Source of the DNA: Planctopirus limnophila DSM 3776 | GTDB lineage: Bacteria > Planctomycetota > Planctomycetia > Planctomycetales > Planctomycetaceae | Assembly (NCBI RefSeq): GCF_000092105.1 | Contig: NC_014148.1 | Location: 3,900,001 to 3,932,000 of the forward strand | Length of the DNA: 32,000 nucleotides | Direction: 5' to 3' | The notes under the pieces: model-generated | Database searches by the model: none | Seen by the model: only the letters and a program-made list of their open reading frames with translations | Told to the model about the DNA's origin: nothing | Program-made: the position numbers and the translations under genes | In this document: in pieces, positions 25,648-32,000 of the stretch | Layout of the letters: each line of letters opens with the position of its first letter | Numbering within the stretch: the first letter of the stretch is position 1

Positions 25648-25977
25648 ATGCGATTTGAAGATTGGGATTTGGCAGTACTGATCAATGCGTGCGAAGTGCT
25701 GATCTGGATGGGCCTGGCTGTCGTCGTCACCTTGAGACCGCTGTTCCCGCCTGTTCAACCCGCACAATTGCCAAGCGAGGCCCGACTTCGCCGGTGGATG
25801 GCGTTTGCGCTGGTGCTGTTTGGCTTATCAGACGCCGTGGAAATCTGGTCGGGAGCGTGGTGGCGGCCCTGGTGGCTGCTCGTCTGGAAAACGGCCTGCG
25901 TATTCGCGATCTGCGTAATCGGGTCAGTGCTTTATCTGCGCAGTCGGGAAAACAACGCTCACATTTCCAAATCCTGA
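25648..25977 (+). CDS. Small membrane protein (hypothetical, 109 aa, about 3 TM)
   Basis: Three hydrophobic segments (LAVLINACEVLIWMGLAVVV; WMAFALVLFGLSDAVEIW; WWLLVWKTACVFAICVIGSVL). The overlapping alternative-frame ORFs are Arg-rich and look spurious. No clear SD. Confidence 0.5.
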   Translation: MRFEDWDLAVLINACEVLIWMGLAVVVTLRPLFPPVQPAQLPSEARLRRWMAFALVLFGLSDAVEIWSGAWWRPWWLLVWKTACVFAICVIGSVLYLRSRENNAHISKS

Positions 25978-26217
25978 TAGTGCAGATCACTTCTGAACTT
26001 CTGCAAAAAGCCCACTCTCAACAAAAAGGCTGAAATTCTTGAGAATTCCAGATTGGAGAGTGTAATTTACAAACCCGATTTGGTTTGATATTGCGTACAT
26101 TATCGTAGTATGGGACGGGCTTGGCTAACAAAACAAGTGATTTTGTGAAGATCCTTCCTGCGGTTCGAGCGTTCAATCGCTGAAAACAAATCTGCCAGAT
26201 GTCTTCGGGAGTGGTGT

Positions 26218-28569
26218 ATGAAAGCTTATGTCTGGTTGATGATGATGGTGTGGTCTCTGCCCTGCCCTGGGGGCTCGTTATTGATCAGTGAGGATCAACC
26301 TCCACAAACCGCGCCTGAGGCGAAAATCTACCGTGATCGGATTTCGCCCACCTGGCTGCCCGACGAATCGGCTCTGTGGTATCGCGTGGAGGTGGCTCCG
26401 AAGAAGGAAGAGTACATTCGCATCGATGCGGCAACAGGCCTCCGGAGTGTTCACAAAGATTTCAAATCAATGAATCTGCCAGGCCCTGCGGAGATTCGCA
26501 CCTCGACACTCACGACCAGCAGACGCAAAGGTCCTGCCGAATCAGAGATTTCCTGCCATCTGGAGTTTAAAAATCAGATGGATGAACCAGTCAAACTGGA
26601 CTGGGTAAAAGCTGAAGGGGAGTCGATTCCGTATGCGGTGATCGAGCCAAACGCCAGCCACACCCAGCACACTTTCCAAACGCACCAGTGGATCATCACC
26701 AGGCAGAATGGCGAGCCATTGGCCACAATATTTGCGGACCCTGCCACCCCACGCATCTTGATCGATGGCATCTCCGGAAAGGCACCGAGGAATTCTCCCT
26801 CAAGAAGGCCCAGATCTTCTGCTCAAGGGTTCTCTCCCGACGGAAAATGGTTTGCTCGCGGATCAGGGAATCAGGTTATTCTCACAAACGGCGAGATGCA
26901 GGATGAAGTTCGCATTTCGCCGCCAATCCCGGCAGATGCCAAAATCTTTGGGACAGCCTCGTGGTCGCCAAATTCTGAGGCCTTTGTGTTTTCGTCAGCC
27001 ATACCTGTCAAGGTGCGGCAAATCTCGATTGTCGAGACCTCACCCAAAGATCAACTGCAACCCAAGGTACGTCAGTTGAACTATGCCAAACCAGGCGATG
27101 AACTGGACCAGCCAGTCCCTGTGCTCTTCCGTCTCGAGAACGGCTCCTTTAAGCCAGTCGTGCTGGATTCGACGCTCTTTACCAATCAGTTTACCAGTTC
27201 GCCCTCGATGAATTTTCACTGGTCGGAAGATGGTCGCGAGTTTTACTTCGATTTTAATCAGCGGGGACATCAGTGCTATCGAATTCTCGCCGTTGATGTG
27301 AAGACCGGGCAGGTTCGTCCTGTCGTCGAAGAGGTCAGCCCGACGTTTGTCGACTACCGCAATCTCTCCTGGCGACATTGGTTGCCGAAGACGAAAGAAC
27401 TCCTCTGCAAGAGCGAGCGAGATGGATGGAGTCACCTTTGGAAGTTTGATGTTTCCGGGCAGAAGTCACCTCAACAACTGACCTCTGGCCCATGGGTCGT
27501 TCGAGAGATTCAGCGCGTCGACGAAGCATCAAACACGATCTGGTTCACAGCCAATGGGTTGCGTCCTGAAGAAGATCCTTACCATCTCTATCTCTGTAAA
27601 GTCTCGTTCGATGGCACCGGTTTTCAACAGCTCACACAAGGCGATGGGACTCACGAAATTCAGTTCTCTCCTCAATCGACCTACTTTGTCGATACCTGGT
27701 CGCGGATCGATCATCCTCCTGTGGTTGAACTTCGGAAGAGTGCTGACGGCCAGTTGATCTGTGAAATGGAGCGTGCCGACGCAACGGCGTATTTAGCCGC
27801 AGGCCACACCTTTCCGGAAAGATTTGTCGCTACCGGACGAGACGAGAAGACCAACATCTATGGCGTGATCTTTAAGCCGACAAAATTCGACCCAGCCAAG
27901 AAATATCCTGTCCTGGAAAACATCTACGCTGGCCCTCATGGAGCTTTTGCACCCAAACGGTTTGGAGCAGCCCGGCAAATGCAATCGTTTGCCGATCTGG
28001 GCTTTATTGTGGTGCAGGCCGATGGCATGGGCACCAACTATCGGGGCAAGACATTTCATGACGTCGCCTGGAAGAATCTCAAAGACTCCGGCTTCCCGGA
28101 TCGTATCCGTTGGATCAAAGCTGCCGCTGCGACCCGTCCCTGGATGGATTTAACCCGCGTGGGAATTTACGGCGGGAGTGCCGGCGGGCAGTCGGCCATG
28201 AGAGCGCTTCTGGATTACTCAGATTTTTATCATGTCGCGGTGGCGGATTGCGGCTGCCACGACAACCGCATGGACAAAATCTGGTGGAATGAACTCTGGA
28301 TGGGCTGGCCTGTCGACGAAAGTTATGCAGCCAGCTCGAACGCAGTCGATGCCCACAAACTCAAAGGCAAATTGCTGTTGATTGTTGGCGAACTCGATTC
28401 CAACGTCGATCCTGCCAGTACGATGCAGGTTGTCGCGGCTTTGCAGAAAGCGGGAAAATCATTCGACTTCCAACCCATCATCAACGCCAACCACGGAGCC
28501 GCAGAAACACCCGCAGGCAGCCGAGCCCGCAAAGAGTTTCTCATCCGCCACTTGAAGCCAGAACTTTAA
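26218..28569 (+). CDS. S9-family serine peptidase, DPP-IV-like (beta-propeller N-domain plus alpha/beta hydrolase)
   Basis: N-terminal signal peptide. C-terminal catalytic triad context YGGSAGGQSA (GxSxGG nucleophile), GELDSNVD (Asp) and NANHG (His). The long N-terminal region is typical of DPPIV_N propellers. GGGAG lies upstream of the ATG. Confidence 0.9.
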   Translation: MKAYVWLMMMVWSLPCPGGSLLISEDQPPQTAPEAKIYRDRISPTWLPDESALWYRVEVAPKKEEYIRIDAATGLRSVHKDFKSMNLPGPAEIRTSTLTTSRRKGPAESEISCHLEFKNQMDEPVKLDWVKAEGESIPYAVIEPNASHTQHTFQTHQWIITRQNGEPLATIFADPATPRILIDGISGKAPRNSPSRRPRSSAQGFSPDGKWFARGSGNQVILTNGEMQDEVRISPPIPADAKIFGTASWSPNSEAFVFSSAIPVKVRQISIVETSPKDQLQPKVRQLNYAKPGDELDQPVPVLFRLENGSFKPVVLDSTLFTNQFTSSPSMNFHWSEDGREFYFDFNQRGHQCYRILAVDVKTGQVRPVVEEVSPTFVDYRNLSWRHWLPKTKELLCKSERDGWSHLWKFDVSGQKSPQQLTSGPWVVREIQRVDEASNTIWFTANGLRPEEDPYHLYLCKVSFDGTGFQQLTQGDGTHEIQFSPQSTYFVDTWSRIDHPPVVELRKSADGQLICEMERADATAYLAAGHTFPERFVATGRDEKTNIYGVIFKPTKFDPAKKYPVLENIYAGPHGAFAPKRFGAARQMQSFADLGFIVVQADGMGTNYRGKTFHDVAWKNLKDSGFPDRIRWIKAAAATRPWMDLTRVGIYGGSAGGQSAMRALLDYSDFYHVAVADCGCHDNRMDKIWWNELWMGWPVDESYAASSNAVDAHKLKGKLLLIVGELDSNVDPASTMQVVAALQKAGKSFDFQPIINANHGAAETPAGSRARKEFLIRHLKPEL

Positions 28570-28606
28570 CGTTTGAGTTAGACAATTACGCATCGTATGA
28601 GTTCAA

Positions 28607-28698
28607 CGAGCCGGAAGCGTTAGCGACGAGAATTTACCATTCCTCTTGACGATCATGTTTGGAAAACGAGAGCACCCGTCGCTGACGCTTCCGGCTCG
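28607..28698. repeat. 22-bp imperfect inverted repeat (1 mismatch) enclosing a 48-nt spacer
   Basis: Left arm CGAGCCGGAAGCGTTAGCGACG (28607-28628). The reverse complement of the right arm (28677-28698) is CGAGCCGGAAGCGTCAGCGACG. It lies in the convergent intergenic region between the S9 peptidase and D-aminoacylase genes. Confidence 0.6.
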
Positions 28699-28724
28699 TG
28701 GATGGCGACCTGCGTTCAAGAGGC

Positions 28725-28755
28725 CCAAAACACAAAAACCCCTGCAAAGCAGGGG
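28725..28755 (-). terminator. Rho-independent terminator candidate for the minus-strand dadA-like / D-aminoacylase operon
   Basis: On the minus strand: CCCCTGC-TTT-GCAGGGG (28739-28755) followed by TTTTTGTGTTTTGG. It lies about 170 nt downstream of the D-aminoacylase stop at 28923. Confidence 0.55.
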
Positions 28756-28922
28756 TTGTGTGGACTGAAGTTCCGAAAAAATGCACCATTTTGATCGTTG
28801 ATCACATAGACACTGAATTGGTGCATTGGCATGCACCCAAAGGGAAGGTCGAAGCTCATTCATCCCGTTCCCCAGCTACCGTCACATCCTGTCTCTACCT
28901 GGTGGTTTTGACAACTTTTAAC

Positions 28923-30500
28923 TTATTTTGCCGTTTTTTGATCGGCGTTCTTTTGCAAGGCTCGGCCAGCCAAGGCACCCGTCGGAGTTCCCTTGTAGAC
29001 AGCCATAGTGCCATTAACCAACACGTATTGCATTCCTTCAGCGTATTGATAGGGTTCCTCGAAGGTTGCCTTGTCGATGAACGATTGCGGATCGAAGACG
29101 ACAATGTCGGCGGCGTAGCCAGTTTTCAAATAGCCCCGGTCCTTGAAGCCAAGAATGTCGGCTGGGAGGCCCGTCGCACTGCGGATGGCGTGTTCGAGGC
29201 TGATCACCTGTTCGCGAATCGCGTAATGCCCGATCTTGCGGGGGAAGGTGCCGTAGCCGCGGGGGTGGGGACGGTCGGCGGTGGGGAGCCCCGCCGAGGC
29301 ATCCGATGCTGTCGCCACCCAGGGATAGGTCATCGCCGTGCGGACATCGTCTTCACTCATGGCGAACTTGACGATCCGGGCACCGCCAGCACGGGTGATC
29401 TTCTCGACCGCTTCCGTCGCGGTGATCTTATCCATCTGGCCGATCTCATAGAGGTTTTTGCCGACGTATTGCGGATAGCGACTGCAGCTTGAAATCACTA
29501 TCTGTCGGCCGTCGTCGGAAGTCTTGATCTCCCGAGCCACCTCCTCGCGGATCTTCGGTCCGGCTTCGGGATCGTTGAGTCGGGCGATCAATTCTTTTCG
29601 TCCCCCAGAGCGAGCCCAATTGGGGAAAATCGTGGGTTCGAGAGTCGTGCTGAAAGCGGTGTAAGGATACTGATCCGCTGTGACTTTGAGTCCCTTCCTT
29701 TGGGCTGTCTCGATAAGGGCGATGGCCTGGCCGATGCTGCCCCAATTCGGGGTGTCCGCGGCCTTGATGTGCGAGATATGCGTGGGGCAGCCCGCCTTCT
29801 CGCCGATCTCGATCGCCTCCAGGACGGAGGGGAGGAGCGTAGAAGCTTCGCCCCGGATATGACTGGCGTAGAATCCGCCACCGGCAGCGATCTCGCTGGC
29901 GATCTCGATCAACTCTTCGGTACTGGAATAGCTGCCCGGGAGGTAGATGAGGCCGGTGGACATGCCCCAGGCCCCGTCATCCATCGCCTTCTTCGCCAGA
30001 GCCCGCATTTTGGCCAGTTCTTCGGGCGTCGGCTTGCGGTTCTCCGAGCCAACCACCTGGGAACGCAGCGAGCCTTGCGGCAACAAATGGGCCACATTCG
30101 TCCCTGCACCGGGCGTGTTGATCTTCTTGTAGTAGTCGGCCACATCGACCGGGCCGCTGCCACAGTTGCCGGTAACCGAAGTCGTGCAGCCCTGCATGAT
30201 GTAATTGGTGCAGGCACGGCTGTTCACAGAGGTAACGCTGGGATCGCTATGCGTATGGAGGTCGATGAATCCCGGCGCGATAACCAGGCCTTTGGCGTCG
30301 ATCACCCAAGTGGCTTCTGGGCCGTCGCCTTGGCCGAGAGAGGTGATCTTCCCCTTGTCGATCGACACATGACCAATAACCGGAGGAGCACCGCCGCCGT
30401 CGTAGATGGTGGCATTGCGGAAGACGAGAGCATCTTTCGCGAGGAGATCACTCCCTTGCAAAAGCGAACAGATCAATAAGGTGAGGGCCGTATGCCGCAT
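28923..30500 (-). CDS. N-acyl-D-amino-acid deacylase (D-aminoacylase) family amidohydrolase, secreted
   Basis: The signal-peptide-like MRHTALTLLICSLLQGSDLLA is followed by VFRNATIYDGGGAPP...VSIDKGKITSLG...VIDAKGLVIAPGFIDLHTHSD (HxH metal site), the canonical N-terminus of D-aminoacylases. The ATG at 30500 gives a sensible signal peptide; the ORF could instead start at 30530. Confidence 0.88.
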   Translation of the reverse strand: MRHTALTLLICSLLQGSDLLAKDALVFRNATIYDGGGAPPVIGHVSIDKGKITSLGQGDGPEATWVIDAKGLVIAPGFIDLHTHSDPSVTSVNSRACTNYIMQGCTTSVTGNCGSGPVDVADYYKKINTPGAGTNVAHLLPQGSLRSQVVGSENRKPTPEELAKMRALAKKAMDDGAWGMSTGLIYLPGSYSSTEELIEIASEIAAGGGFYASHIRGEASTLLPSVLEAIEIGEKAGCPTHISHIKAADTPNWGSIGQAIALIETAQRKGLKVTADQYPYTAFSTTLEPTIFPNWARSGGRKELIARLNDPEAGPKIREEVAREIKTSDDGRQIVISSCSRYPQYVGKNLYEIGQMDKITATEAVEKITRAGGARIVKFAMSEDDVRTAMTYPWVATASDASAGLPTADRPHPRGYGTFPRKIGHYAIREQVISLEHAIRSATGLPADILGFKDRGYLKTGYAADIVVFDPQSFIDKATFEEPYQYAEGMQYVLVNGTMAVYKGTPTGALAGRALQKNADQKTAK

Positions 30501-30550
30501 GGAGACTCTTTCACCACAATTCATGGTCATGAGATGGCTGTGATTCAGAA

Positions 30551-31864
30551 TTAGAAGCGATGGACGCGATAGGGGTGGGGATCGATATGGGGCGTAGAGC
30601 CGGCCAGCATTTCCGCCACCAGCTTTCCGGTGGCCGTCGCCATCGACAAGCCGAGCATGCTATGACCGGCGGCGAGCCAGGCGTTGTCCATGCGGGGCAG
30701 TTTTCCGACAATGGGGACGCCATCGCAGCTCATGGGCCGCCAACCGTACCAGCGTTCGACAATCGGTTCCGTCTGCGGATCGCGGAGATAGAACTTGGCT
30801 CCTTCAGTGAGGAGGCTCAAGCGATCAGGCCGCAGCGTGTTGTCATAACCCGCGAACTCCATCGTTGAGCCAATGCGATATTCGTTCTTGGTGGGTGTGA
30901 CGGCGACGCGATGATCCTCGAAGATCATCGAATGACTGGGGCAGATCGCGGGGCGGGGCATGGTGATCGAGTAGCCTTTGCCCGGCTCGATGGGAATTGC
31001 CACACCCAGCTTCTTTTGCAACTGCCGCGACCAGGCCCCCGTAGCGAAGACGACATGATCGACAGGAAAGTCGCCGCGGCTGGTGAACAGGCGGGTGATC
31101 TTTTTCGATTGCACCTCCAGGTCGAGGAACTGGCAATGTTCGCGAATTTCGACACCCTGCTGCTGGAGCAGCTTCCGCCACGATTTCATCAGCAGGTCGG
31201 GGCGGATGTGGGCATCGCAATCGTAGTACCAGGCACCGGCCACCACAGGTTTGAGGGCAGGTTCACGCTTTAGTAGTTCGTCGCGATCCAGGCGATCCGC
31301 GGAAACTCCAAATCGTTCGGTCAGCAGGCGGTTGGTCTTCTCGAAGTGTTCGAAATGGCGTTCGTTGTGATGGACGAACATCAGCCCCTTCATTTCCCAG
31401 TCGCAATCCCCCAGCTTGCCGATCTCCATCAATTCCTGATAGAGCCGCCGGGAGGAAGCCAGCATCGCATGGCGGGCCTGCCCAGCATTAAGCATATCCT
31501 TGAAGTTGCAACGCAACGCAAACCTTAAAAACCACATCCACATTTGCAGGTCGAGGCGGGGACGAATCTTGAACGGGGAGTTCTTTTGGAAGAGTGTCCA
31601 GAGCGAGGAACTGATCGCCCCCGGGCGGCAGAGCGGAAGGACGTGGCTGGGGGAGACGTAGCCGCAATTGCCATGCGAGCAACCCCGTCCGAATTCGCCC
31701 TGATCGATCAACACGACCTGGCAACCCGCCTCGGCGAGATAGTGGGCACAGGCGGCCCCAACGACGCCGGCACCCACGACATAGACAGGCGTGGTGGCTT
31801 TAGCGGGATTGCGGTTAATCGTCATCTGCTGACTTGGCGCGGGGGCTTCGATCGTGGCTGACAT
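30551..31864 (-). CDS. dadA: FAD-dependent D-amino-acid dehydrogenase (DadA-like)
   Basis: VYVVGAGVVGAACAHYLAEAGCQVVLID (GxGxxG FAD fold). Blocks are collinear with my recollection of E. coli DadA: PGKGYSITMP vs PLKGYSLTIP, WYGWRPMSCDGVPIVG vs WTGLRPMTPDGTPVVG, and AAGHSMLGLSMATATGKLVAEMLAGSTP vs [28 protein letters not shown]. The start may be the internal Met at 31825. Confidence 0.85.
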   Translation of the reverse strand: MSATIEAPAPSQQMTINRNPAKATTPVYVVGAGVVGAACAHYLAEAGCQVVLIDQGEFGRGCSHGNCGYVSPSHVLPLCRPGAISSSLWTLFQKNSPFKIRPRLDLQMWMWFLRFALRCNFKDMLNAGQARHAMLASSRRLYQELMEIGKLGDCDWEMKGLMFVHHNERHFEHFEKTNRLLTERFGVSADRLDRDELLKREPALKPVVAGAWYYDCDAHIRPDLLMKSWRKLLQQQGVEIREHCQFLDLEVQSKKITRLFTSRGDFPVDHVVFATGAWSRQLQKKLGVAIPIEPGKGYSITMPRPAICPSHSMIFEDHRVAVTPTKNEYRIGSTMEFAGYDNTLRPDRLSLLTEGAKFYLRDPQTEPIVERWYGWRPMSCDGVPIVGKLPRMDNAWLAAGHSMLGLSMATATGKLVAEMLAGSTPHIDPHPYRVHRF

Positions 31865-32000
31865 GATCGTACTAAACCTTGTAGAAGAATCTGTGAGAGT
31901 CCATCGAGAACCAGGCTGTTGATAATGAGTCGTCTCGACGAAAAACGACTAAGGTGTCCGCAGTACGGGATTCAAATCGATCTTGATGTCGTTCCGCCCG

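Noticed and set aside
28698-30479. Plus-strand ORFs of 264 aa (28698..29492) and 259 aa (29700..30479)
   Set aside because: They are antisense shadows of the D-aminoacylase gene, whose minus-strand frame carries unmistakable family motifs (GFIDLHTHSD and others). The plus-frame products are Arg/Gly-rich with no motifs.
1-32000. CRISPR arrays, rRNA and tRNA genes
   Set aside because: No regularly spaced repeats and no cloverleaf-like or rRNA-like segments were recognised in any intergenic region. This was only a by-eye scan, so tRNAscan-SE or Infernal should confirm it.

Overview
The window holds about 20 genes and reads as a compositional mosaic; gene content looks Planctomycetota-like by eye, which I cannot verify. 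Ordinary genes: a 5'-truncated membrane protein plus an ABC ATPase and permease (1-4103); an SbcD/YhaO-like nuclease with a 1185-aa SMC-like YhaN/SbcE-type ATPase (4317-9220); a Tat-exported PhoD-like phosphatase; an S9/DPP-IV-like peptidase; and a D-aminoacylase plus DadA-like dehydrogenase pair. Two accessory segments stand out. (1) At 9.25-12.1 kb, directly after an IS110-family transposase C-terminal remnant, sits an AT-rich two-gene cassette. It encodes a TIR-domain protein and a SIR2 (N..H motifs intact) fused to a C-terminal TIR. This resembles Thoeris, but the SLOG sensor is replaced by a second TIR, so it is a candidate NAD+-depleting anti-phage system of an architecture I do not know to be characterised. 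(2) At 17.07-23.93 kb on the minus strand, an HscC-type Hsp70 is followed by two diverged tandem copies of a two-gene module. Each module has a ~269-aa C-terminally tail-anchored protein and a ~500-aa J-domain protein. In both J proteins the invariant HPD motif is RPE. No rRNA, tRNA or CRISPR array was seen by eye. All domain calls rest on motif recognition in the supplied translations and need HMM or structure confirmation.
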